Part shown: piece by piece, positions 1 through 7,484 of the stretch
How the letters are laid out: every line of letters begins with the position of its first letter
How positions within the stretch are numbered: the stretch's first letter is position 1
IMG/VR virus record: IMGVR_UViG_3300018080_000111
Origin: a virus
Taxonomy: Duplodnaviria; Heunggongvirae; Uroviricota; Caudoviricetes
Length of the DNA stretch: 10,516 nucleotides
Strand: one strand, 5' to 3'
Position numbers and translations under genes: made by a program
Notes under the pieces: generated by a model
The model's input: only the letters and a program-made list of their open reading frames with translations
The model's database searches: none
Told to the model about the DNA's origin: nothing

Positions 1-1
1 C

Positions 2-637
2 TGGATTCGAGCAGGACGTATCCAGAATTCTTCCGGGTATGTAACAGTTCCAGAACAAAGAGTGGGACCATTCTCGGTTCCATCCTCCCCAAATTCTCGA
101 ATTGATTTAGTATATGTGGATACAGATGGAACGGTTACTATTCAACAGGGAACGGCCGCGGTAAGTCCTACCGCCCCCAGTTATGGGAATAAGTTGGTAG
201 TGGCGGAGGTGACTTTAGTAAATGGGGATACCAGTATTCCATCAAGTAGGATTCAGGACGTCCGATCTTTTTTGAATGGGTTTACTCCAAACGTGACCAA
301 CATTGGGTGGAACTATTCTGGGGTAAATATACATACCGGAAATGTGACAACCACATGGACAGAGGTCGACGTGTCGGGAATTGCCGGATCTGGGCGGAGT
401 ATGTTATACATCTATGCAAGTGCCGGGGCAGGAACCAATCGAGGTTTGTATCTTAAACCTCAGGATGAATCCGACTCGAACTACAATTCTTCTTATTATC
501 CGGCAGGAACAAATAAAGTATGGGATCAAGGATTAGTTTTGGTTCATACTAATAATGGAAAAATAAAGATCAGGGCACACGCATATACTCGGTCCTGGAC
601 CATAAAACTTATTGGGTGGCAGAATTTTGTGGGTTAA
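2..637 (+). CDS. 5'-truncated putative virion structural protein (phage tail fibre / minor tail protein-like)
   Basis: The frame is open from base 2 (WIRAGRIQNSSGYVTVPEQRVGPF...), so the GTG at 62 is probably internal. The segment RIDLVYV...GTAAVSPTAPS...VAEVTLVNGDTSIPSSRIQDVRSF matches the R-x-D...GT...P..P...A.V.....T.I....I.D.R pattern I recall from phage minor tail/fibre proteins. A beta-rich C-terminal domain follows (WTEVDVSG...TIKLIGW). About 20% Ser+Thr. The CDS is confident; the product call is pattern recognition only. Confidence 0.55.
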   Translation, partial: WIRAGRIQNSSGYVTVPEQRVGPFSVPSSPNSRIDLVYVDTDGTVTIQQGTAAVSPTAPSYGNKLVVAEVTLVNGDTSIPSSRIQDVRSFLNGFTPNVTNIGWNYSGVNIHTGNVTTTWTEVDVSGIAGSGRSMLYIYASAGAGTNRGLYLKPQDESDSNYNSSYYPAGTNKVWDQGLVLVHTNNGKIKIRAHAYTRSWTIKLIGWQNFVG

Positions 638-640
638 TCC

Positions 641-1375
641 GTGGGATACTTGCGAATGCGTAGAGTTGGGTCTCGGATAATTCCCAGGAAGGCAAGTCCA
701 TGTAAGGCAAAGCCCATTACGGACCTTCTGAATTGTTCCTCCTGGGAAGGAAAGAGATGTTTCATTCTTTGTGGCGGCCCCAGCTTAGAAAATTTTGATT
801 TCCTAACCATACAGGATGAAAAAACTATTGGAATAAATAAAGCGTTTATACAGTATAATACCAACATCCTGTATGGAATGGACCAAAGATTCTATGATAG
901 TATTTCTTTTTCAAATCGAGCCGATCAGGAAAATGCTGCGGTCCATAACTCCTGGCTCCGGTATTCCGGGATAAAGGTATTTCTTCGGACTTCATATAAA
1001 ACAAAATTTGATCCTAGTGTCTATTTTGTCAATGGATTAGAAAAGAAGCAGATAAGTTTGGATATTTCTCGGGGAATTTATGGTGGAGGAAACTCTGGAT
1101 TTGGTGGGATGATGCTCGCCATTTCTTTAGGCTGTAAAGAAATCTACATGCTGGGTTTAGATCTAAAAGTGGATGAGAAGAGGAAGAGGACTCATTTCCA
1201 CGAAGGATATAAGAACCAGAGAATAGAAAATGTTATAAAGGTTTTAAAGGATTTTAAAAAGGAATTTGAGTCTTTTGCTTCGTCGATTAAGGAATTAGGA
1301 ATTTCTGTGATTAATTTGAATCCAGACAGTTCCTTAGAATGTTTTCCAAAAAAGGATATCCGAGAGATCCTGTAG
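641..1375 (+). CDS. DUF115 / MptE-like / Maf-family putative glycosyltransferase
   Basis: Motifs CFILCGGPSL, TIGINKAF, YGMD, GGNSGFGGMMLAISLGCKEIYMLGLD, THFH, VINLNPDSSLECF. Start is GTG 641 or ATG 656. Confidence 0.8.
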   Translation: MGYLRMRRVGSRIIPRKASPCKAKPITDLLNCSSWEGKRCFILCGGPSLENFDFLTIQDEKTIGINKAFIQYNTNILYGMDQRFYDSISFSNRADQENAAVHNSWLRYSGIKVFLRTSYKTKFDPSVYFVNGLEKKQISLDISRGIYGGGNSGFGGMMLAISLGCKEIYMLGLDLKVDEKRKRTHFHEGYKNQRIENVIKVLKDFKKEFESFASSIKELGISVINLNPDSSLECFPKKDIREIL

Positions 1376-1395
1376 ATTCTTTCTGGAGAAGAAGA

Positions 1396-2190
1396 ATGAA
1401 TGGGAGAAGTGTTTTTGTTGTGGGAGGCGGACCGTCTCTTTCCGGGTTCGATTTCCAATCTCTTCACGGGAAGAATACCATCGCAGTCAATTCTTCGATC
1501 TTCTTCGTCCCCAATCCCGATTATTTCATCACGATGGATTTTACCTGGTTTGGTAAAAATGGAATCCAGTATGATTCATCAACAGAAGGAAAACAAAAGA
1601 TTTATAGATCAACAAAGGCCAAGAAGTTTTTTGTTGTGGCATATGATAAGGGACGCTTTGTGCATACACCTAATGGTGTTTTAGACACAAGGTTCGATTT
1701 AAATTATGACCTAAGAGTGGTAGATGAGGTCATATATTCATCTTCCTATGGTGGGGTAGGTAGCTCTCTTCAAGATTTTCATTGTGGAAGTGATAGCGGA
1801 TATAGTGGGATTCAATTGGCTGTAGCCTTAGGATACTCAAAGATTTACCTCCTGGGTATGGATTTTGATATAACCTCATCAACTAATAGAACTTCTGCTC
1901 CAACTATAATTCCACCCTCTGAAGTAACCCTTTTAAGGTCCTCCAGATCCAAAAAGATTCAGGTATCGAAAATTTCTGTCCGGAAGAGTTCCCATTTCTT
2001 CAAAAAGATGAGTTCTTCCGAATTGAAAAATTTCAAGAAAAAATTAGATGAGTATCTGACACCATATCCCAGTTTGTTCAAGGAGATTTCCGAAAAGACC
2101 TCCAGCCAGATTTTTAGTTGTTCTCCAAATAGTAGATTAAATCAATATATAGATTATGTTCCTTTGGGGAAGGCCATAAAGAATGATTGA
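1396..2190 (+). CDS. DUF115 / MptE-like / Maf-family putative glycosyltransferase (second paralogue)
   Basis: Motifs VFVVGGGPSL, TIAVNSS, ITMD, SDSGYSGIQLAVALGYSKIYLLGMD, IFSCSPNSRLN. ATG 1396 is preferred to the track's 1339 because GGAG lies at 1385-1388 and it avoids overlapping the upstream gene. Confidence 0.8.
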   Translation: MNGRSVFVVGGGPSLSGFDFQSLHGKNTIAVNSSIFFVPNPDYFITMDFTWFGKNGIQYDSSTEGKQKIYRSTKAKKFFVVAYDKGRFVHTPNGVLDTRFDLNYDLRVVDEVIYSSSYGGVGSSLQDFHCGSDSGYSGIQLAVALGYSKIYLLGMDFDITSSTNRTSAPTIIPPSEVTLLRSSRSKKIQVSKISVRKSSHFFKKMSSSELKNFKKKLDEYLTPYPSLFKEISEKTSSQIFSCSPNSRLNQYIDYVPLGKAIKND

Positions 2191-2971
2191 AACAAGTATA
2201 GTGATGACATATTACAATCGGACCAGGCAACTGAGAAACTCCCTCAAATCCATCCGGAGACAAAAAAAGGACCTTCAGAATACTGAGATTATAATTGTAG
2301 ATGACGCCAGTGATGAAGAAAAAAGAGCCCGATTGATTACGAAGGATTTTAAGGAACTTAACATCCAAATTGTAGAGGTTAAGAAGGAAGAGAAGTATTG
2401 GATAAATCCGTGTGTTCCTTATAATATGGGGTTTAGGCGGGCCAAAGGAAAGATTATTGTGATTCAGAATCCCGAATGTGTTCATTTTGGAAGGATTCTT
2501 GGATATGCTAAGGAGAACATTGGTGAAGGAAAGTATTTAAGCTTTCCCTGTTATTATGTGACGAAAGAACAATTTCAAAGATTTTGTAAATGGAAAGATC
2601 AACCGGATGATCTTTTTCTAAAGAAGGTTTCCAGAATAATTGATCCATTAGATAATCGACAATGGTATAATCATTCTTCTCTTCGTCCAACTGGCTATCA
2701 TTTTACTTCAGTGATATTGAAAAAGGATTTGGACAGAATTGGTGGGGGCTTCAACGAAGATTTTGCCACGGGCTATTGTTTTGATGACGATGAGTTCTTA
2801 TTCAGATTAGATCAAGGAGGCATGGATCGTCAAATTACACCTCATCAAATGGGTTTTGTAATACATCAGTGGCATCCCAAAAGCTCCATCTACGTTGGGA
2901 GGTGTCCGGAATGGTACCGAAATAGGGCCCTTCTGGAAAAGATAACAGGAAAGGAGTATAAAGAAATATGA
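2183..2971 (+). CDS. Glycosyltransferase family 2 (GT-A) with GT7C-like C-terminus
   Basis: SIVMTYYNR, IIIVDDAS, YNMGFRRAKG, GGFNEDF...FDDDEFLFRL, VIHQWH. The DxD position reads QNPE. 8-nt overlap with the upstream stop. Confidence 0.85.
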   Translation: MIETSIVMTYYNRTRQLRNSLKSIRRQKKDLQNTEIIIVDDASDEEKRARLITKDFKELNIQIVEVKKEEKYWINPCVPYNMGFRRAKGKIIVIQNPECVHFGRILGYAKENIGEGKYLSFPCYYVTKEQFQRFCKWKDQPDDLFLKKVSRIIDPLDNRQWYNHSSLRPTGYHFTSVILKKDLDRIGGGFNEDFATGYCFDDDEFLFRLDQGGMDRQITPHQMGFVIHQWHPKSSIYVGRCPEWYRNRALLEKITGKEYKEI

Positions 2972-4314
2972 TAACTGTATTTACTTCTTGTCACAACCAA
3001 GAAAAGTATCTTGCTAAGGCCATTCATAGCGTTCTGACTCAAACAGAAAAGGATTTTGAATACAGGATATATGACGATGGCTCTACCGACGGAACTTGGG
3101 ATATAATTCAAACATATGCAAAGAAGGATAAAAGGATTATAGCAAAGAAATTGGAGAAGACAGACAACGTCGGTGTAGTGGCTAAGATGTGTATGGAGGA
3201 GATGAAAGGTAAAGTCTGGACCTGGTGCCCTAGTGACGATATTTGGCTTCCCACTCTTCTTGAAACCAAAAAGAAATTCTCGGAAAACCATCCAAATTGT
3301 ATTCTCTATTCTGATTGGATCGTCATTGACCAAAACGGGAAGGAGTTGATGGAGAAACATCCTCGACTTTCCCCAAAAGAATTTAGTGAAGAAATCTGGA
3401 CTGGTTGCCCAATTGGATTTACAGGAATCTGGATTCCAAAAACCGTAATTGATAGGGTTGGCCCTTTCCCCACCCATTTGAAGTATAGTGAAGATTTTTA
3501 TTGGATGCTTAAGGCTAACGTCCACAAGATTCCCTTCGTTGGGGTTAGGAAGACCCTATATAAGAAGAGGAAGCATACTAATACTCTTACCCATAAAAAT
3601 TTACAATCAATTCTAGATCAGATTCCTGTCCTCGTTTCCGACATAAGGACGTATCAATCAACTTTACAGGAATCCGTTGAGGATAGTTTTGGGTTGACGG
3701 ATTGGTGGCGATTTCATCATTCTCATGAAGATACCCAATATCTAACTGGCTCAGATCCAGAATATGTTTGGAACTGTTTGAATATTAAAGATAAGATAAA
3801 GAAGTCTCGGTCTATTCTGGACATAGGGGTAGGATCTGGAAGTGAAGTAAAGGCACTCTCTAGGTTGGGTAAGGAGGTTTCCTGCTTAGATACTTGTCCT
3901 GAAGCGATCTCTAAAGTTTCTGATTTCATTGAATTCGGATACATATTTGGAGAATGCAAACTTCCGGAAAATTGTTTCGATTTGGCTATATCTCATCTGG
4001 TAGCCCAACATATGTCGGATACTAATTTAAAGAGGCAACTAAGAGAGGTTGTTCAGAGCCTATCCTCGGATGGTGTTTTGGCAATACAAATCGCAAATTC
4101 TATCCAGAATCAGCAGGGGGAAGTCGATTGGAAAAAGAACCAGAGCCTTCTTAATCAAAAGAAGGGTGGGGTTCTTAGAACGATAGAACAATTTGAGGAA
4201 CTAATTAAGGAGTTCGGTGAGATCGTTTGGGTATCCGATCCTAAATATTTGGGAGAGAGTGGGAATATTATTTTTCACTACCTTCACATCAGGAAGAAGC
4301 AAAATGCGGCCTAG
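2968..4314 (+). CDS. GT2 glycosyltransferase fused to C-terminal class I SAM-dependent methyltransferase
   Basis: N-terminus: VFTSCHNQEKYLAKAIHSVLTQT, IYDDGSTDGT, CPSDD, SEDFYW. C-terminus: ILDIGVGSG (SAM motif I), CLD, FDLAISHLVAQHM, LSSDGVLAIQ. ATGA overlap with the upstream gene. Confidence 0.85.
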   Translation: MITVFTSCHNQEKYLAKAIHSVLTQTEKDFEYRIYDDGSTDGTWDIIQTYAKKDKRIIAKKLEKTDNVGVVAKMCMEEMKGKVWTWCPSDDIWLPTLLETKKKFSENHPNCILYSDWIVIDQNGKELMEKHPRLSPKEFSEEIWTGCPIGFTGIWIPKTVIDRVGPFPTHLKYSEDFYWMLKANVHKIPFVGVRKTLYKKRKHTNTLTHKNLQSILDQIPVLVSDIRTYQSTLQESVEDSFGLTDWWRFHHSHEDTQYLTGSDPEYVWNCLNIKDKIKKSRSILDIGVGSGSEVKALSRLGKEVSCLDTCPEAISKVSDFIEFGYIFGECKLPENCFDLAISHLVAQHMSDTNLKRQLREVVQSLSSDGVLAIQIANSIQNQQGEVDWKKNQSLLNQKKGGVLRTIEQFEELIKEFGEIVWVSDPKYLGESGNIIFHYLHIRKKQNAA

Positions 4315-4840
4315 TACCAAATTCATCCAAGATACTTTTGGTAAACTCCCATTGGTTGGGGCAGAGATTGGGGTCTTAGCTGGAACGAATGCTAAGAGTC
4401 TGTTAGAAAATTTGAATATAAAATGGCTCATACTTGTCGATCTTTGGGATTCATATATTCAAGAAGGAAAAGAGATTAAGGAAACTACCCAGTATTATGA
4501 TAAGGTAACTGAAACTTTTGGTCATCTTTCTAAGGTTTGCATACTTAAAGAGCGTTCGGTTGCTGCCTCCAAAAGGATTGATGAACACTCCTTGGATTTT
4601 GTTTATATAGATGCATGCCACGATTACCTATCCGTTAAAGAAGATATTGATTGTTGGTTTCCAAAGGTGAAATCCGGTGGTGTCATTTCAGGACATGATT
4701 ATGGGACAAAGAGATGGCCTGGGGTAACAAAGGCAGTAGATGAATTTGTTAAATCTAAATTACTTTTCTTGAATACGGGAAAAATAGTTCGAAGAAGATC
4801 CCCCAAAGCGGTATCCGATTGGTTTATTGTTAAGGAGTAA
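4304..4840 (+). CDS. Class I SAM-dependent methyltransferase (Methyltransf_24-like)
   Basis: VGAEIGVLAG, VDLW, LDFVYIDACHDYLSVKEDIDCWFPKVKSGGVISGHDY. ATG 4304 (11-nt overlap, AGGA at 4291-4294) is preferred to the track's 4217. Confidence 0.88.
   Translation: MRPSTKFIQDTFGKLPLVGAEIGVLAGTNAKSLLENLNIKWLILVDLWDSYIQEGKEIKETTQYYDKVTETFGHLSKVCILKERSVAASKRIDEHSLDFVYIDACHDYLSVKEDIDCWFPKVKSGGVISGHDYGTKRWPGVTKAVDEFVKSKLLFLNTGKIVRRRSPKAVSDWFIVKE
4832..4837 (+). promoter_or_regulatory. Shine-Dalgarno site (AAGGAG) for the 4844 gene
   Basis: AAGGAG 6 nt upstream of the ATG. Similar purine-rich SD motifs precede most starts (1385, 2951, 6003, 6703, 7466, 9041). Confidence 0.7.
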
Positions 4841-4843
4841 AAG

Positions 4844-6004
4844 ATGAAGAAATTGATTATTTGCTATGGTCCGGAAAGAAGTGGGAAAACCTCTTTTTCG
4901 AAAACAAAAACCAATTATACTCGCATTAGATTCGACGACTACTGGAGGCAACGGGACTATTCCCCAGCAACAAAATCTCACGGATTTGATTATGTTAAAC
5001 TGCAATCAGATTTGATTTCTACCTTTTCGAAATCCGAAAAAGTTATTTTAGATGGTTGGATGAGATGGGACGAACTTCACTCGGTTCTTAAGGAAGTCCA
5101 AAAAGTAACCTCGGCAGAGATCTGCATTTATTTGATTGTAACGAATGTGGTCGCTATGGCCGATCGAAGAATTCAGGAAATTGAGAAAAAGAAACTTGTG
5201 GTTACCCCGAGACAAAATTATGAAATGTATAAGGTAGCCTTAAAATATGTCCAAAACTTCCCTTACCCCTCTTTTGTCCTGAATAATAATAATCTGGACT
5301 ATTCACGAATATCTTCTACGATTACCCCAGAAGACTTTGAAAAATTATGTTATCCCCAAATTAATTTTGAAAAGGCGGATAAATTCATTTCTGGTTTGGG
5401 TCAATTATATCATGGAATAGAAGTAGGAACCCGGAAGTATGGAAACTTTTCTCATTGTGAAGAAGTCTGGAAACATATTTCCAGTAAGGTAAATTTTGTG
5501 GGTAAGTCTGTTTTGGATTTGGGATGCTACTATGGGTTCTTTACCTTTCGAGCAGAAGAAAATATGGCAAGAAAATCTGTAGGGTATGATATAGGTGGAT
5601 TGGTAAATAGCTGTAATCGGATTGCACGATACAAAAATTCTAAATCCAAATTTGAGAATAAAGATCTAGATACTTTGTCAATAAAAGAGAAGTGGGACAC
5701 CATCTTGGTTATGAATGTTCTTCACCATCTTAATGCTCCTCTTCAGGTATTGAATGAGGTGTTTAAGTCTGCTAATAAATCTGTTGTTGTTGGAATAGAT
5801 ATACCGGAATCTCCAGATCTTAGATCCAGAAGAGTGGTAGAGGTTGGCGGGTTTCTAAAAAGAGCACAGAAGGGGAGAGGGGTCCCATTGTGGATATCTG
5901 TTCCAGTTCTTGAGGAGTTTGCGAAAGAGTATGGGTTTAAGCGGGTAGCTCATTTTAATAATTCTAGAAAAGCAAATAGAAAGCTTTTTATCTATTCCAA
6001 ATAA
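4844..6004 (+). CDS. P-loop kinase-like domain fused to class I SAM-dependent methyltransferase
   Basis: N-terminus: LIICYGPERSGKTS (Walker A), RFDDYW, KVILDGW. C-terminus: GKSVLDLGCYYGFF, VGYD, WDTILVMNVLHHL. AAGGAG lies 6 nt before the ATG. Confidence 0.78.
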   Translation: MKKLIICYGPERSGKTSFSKTKTNYTRIRFDDYWRQRDYSPATKSHGFDYVKLQSDLISTFSKSEKVILDGWMRWDELHSVLKEVQKVTSAEICIYLIVTNVVAMADRRIQEIEKKKLVVTPRQNYEMYKVALKYVQNFPYPSFVLNNNNLDYSRISSTITPEDFEKLCYPQINFEKADKFISGLGQLYHGIEVGTRKYGNFSHCEEVWKHISSKVNFVGKSVLDLGCYYGFFTFRAEENMARKSVGYDIGGLVNSCNRIARYKNSKSKFENKDLDTLSIKEKWDTILVMNVLHHLNAPLQVLNEVFKSANKSVVVGIDIPESPDLRSRRVVEVGGFLKRAQKGRGVPLWISVPVLEEFAKEYGFKRVAHFNNSRKANRKLFIYSK

Positions 6005-6014
6005 GGATATAAAA

Positions 6015-6704
6015 GTGAATTGCGAGAATGCCGACAGTTGTTTAGTTTTAAGTATTCCTCGATCAGGAACTCATGTTGTAATGCAGATACTAAATTCTTT
6101 AGGAATGAAAGAGTATCCGGCATTGGCTAAGCAGGATGACTTCTGGACAAAATGGGATACCCATATACAAACTATTCCAGATAAAGGATACTTCTGTTTT
6201 GGAAACCACGCTTATCCGGGCAAAGCTCGCCGATTGGTTGAGGCGAATCGGAAAGGGGTGTTCATCTCCAGAGATCCAAGGGACTGGGCAGTGTCTTATG
6301 GATACCACTTTAGGTTGACAAGTGGATTCAAACATATTTATGAGCAGTTTGGAATCAATAGACTTTTTGAGGAGTCCATTAAGAGGTTTCCAGGACAGTT
6401 AAAAAGACTGAAGTGGAGAGATTATCCTAACGTCTATTCGACAACCTTTGAGAGACTATTCCAGAATTCATTTGAAGAATTTACCAATATCTGCAACTTC
6501 CTGGGGATCAAAATAACTAAGAAGGAAATTAGAAGAAAGATAAAAGAACTAAACTCGTCTTCTCCAAAATACAAGAAAAATTTTAGGAGGGGGGTTGTCG
6601 GTGATTGGCGGAATTATTTGCTTCCTGAGCATATGGAACTATGTAAAAAACTTCTAGGACAGCATTTAATTGACGAAGGATACGAGAAAGATTTGGATTG
6701 GTGA
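6015..6704 (+). CDS. PAPS-dependent sulfotransferase domain protein
   Basis: 5'-PSB loop LSIPRSGTHVV, 3'-PB ISRDPRDWAVSY, TTFERL, C-terminal FRRGVVGDWRNYL. GTG start with AAGGA at 6003-6007. Confidence 0.88.
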   Translation: MNCENADSCLVLSIPRSGTHVVMQILNSLGMKEYPALAKQDDFWTKWDTHIQTIPDKGYFCFGNHAYPGKARRLVEANRKGVFISRDPRDWAVSYGYHFRLTSGFKHIYEQFGINRLFEESIKRFPGQLKRLKWRDYPNVYSTTFERLFQNSFEEFTNICNFLGIKITKKEIRRKIKELNSSSPKYKKNFRRGVVGDWRNYLLPEHMELCKKLLGQHLIDEGYEKDLDW

Positions 6705-6713
6705 GGCGGTAAG

Positions 6714-7484
6714 ATGCAGATTTTGATTACTGGAATAGGTAGGACGGGAACTACTGGGCTGTTTTCTAAGGTAAAGAATTCATTACCTGAGAATAACCAA
6801 TTTCTCCATGAGCCAAAAGTTGTGAATTCCTTAGGTAAAAATTGTCTGGTGAAGTTGAATATCTTCCGAGTTATGGAGAACCCCATACTCCTTACAATTC
6901 CAAAGAAGATCCTTCTTATTCGGGATCAGAGGGATAGAATAATCAGTTCCCTTCTATTTGGACTTTTTCAGACTTGGGAAGGAAAAGAAAAAAGATTATT
7001 TAAGGTGTTAGATCTGTTAAAGCAAAAGGAAAGTTCTCCAGAGTCTCTTTCTGTATTGAAACTTCATGAGCATCTGCATCCGAATTGGGATTTAAGGAAT
7101 CAGGCAAAGAAATATTGTAAAGGACTTATAAAATTTAGTAGGGAACAGAAAGTTCTTGTATATTACTATGAAGAGTTTGTGAAACAGAATTTTAAGCCAT
7201 TGGAGGATTATTTAGGTCTTCCTCTTTCAGGATCCTCTGATCTAGGAAAAAGGAAATATGTCCTTCGAACCGGTTCATCTGGAGATTGGGGAAATTGGTT
7301 CTGTAAGGAGGATATTGACTTCTTTCGTCCTTTGCTTCAAAAGTACATGGAAATTTTTGGATATGAGGATAATTGGAATCTAAAATCTCCCCAAAGAATT
7401 CCACCGGAGGTCGCTTCGGATTACGTCCTTAAAATAGTAAATGATTTAAGATTGAGAAATGGTTTGGAGCCGGTAGATGTCTAA
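6714..7484 (+). CDS. Sulfotransferase family protein (second, divergent)
   Basis: ITGIGRTGTT, FLHEP, LIRDQRDRIISS, YYEEF, LRTGSSGDWGNWF. GAGG at 6703-6706. Confidence 0.78.
   Translation: MQILITGIGRTGTTGLFSKVKNSLPENNQFLHEPKVVNSLGKNCLVKLNIFRVMENPILLTIPKKILLIRDQRDRIISSLLFGLFQTWEGKEKRLFKVLDLLKQKESSPESLSVLKLHEHLHPNWDLRNQAKKYCKGLIKFSREQKVLVYYYEEFVKQNFKPLEDYLGLPLSGSSDLGKRKYVLRTGSSGDWGNWFCKEDIDFFRPLLQKYMEIFGYEDNWNLKSPQRIPPEVASDYVLKIVNDLRLRNGLEPVDV

Noticed and set aside
641-2190. Literal annotation as MptE 6-hydroxymethylpterin pyrophosphokinase
   Set aside because: The domain is shared with Maf-type transferases; there are no folate or methanopterin genes here and the context is entirely glycan-related.
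2890-3525. 211-aa minus-strand ORF and the other minus-strand ORFs (634-867, 1192-1467, 2114-2485, 4201-4431, 7593-7949 etc.)
   Set aside because: All lie antisense to well-supported + strand genes and show no recognisable motifs; shadow ORFs.
4844-5350. N-domain as APS kinase CysC supplying PAPS
   Set aside because: Lacks recognisable CysC features (GLSGSGKST, LDGD..R, DR.EN.RR); kept only as a minor alternative.
2183-6004. Phage DNA hypermodification cluster (GTs, MTases and a P-loop kinase acting on modified bases)
   Set aside because: Disfavoured, not excluded: no TET/JBP, thymidylate-synthase-like, hydroxymethylase or replication genes in the window, and the neighbour is a tail-like gene.
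1346-6594. Homopolymer runs (A6-A7 near 1346 and 2242, G6 near 6589) as phase-variation tracts
   Set aside because: Too short, expected by chance in AT-rich coding DNA, and all frames are intact.
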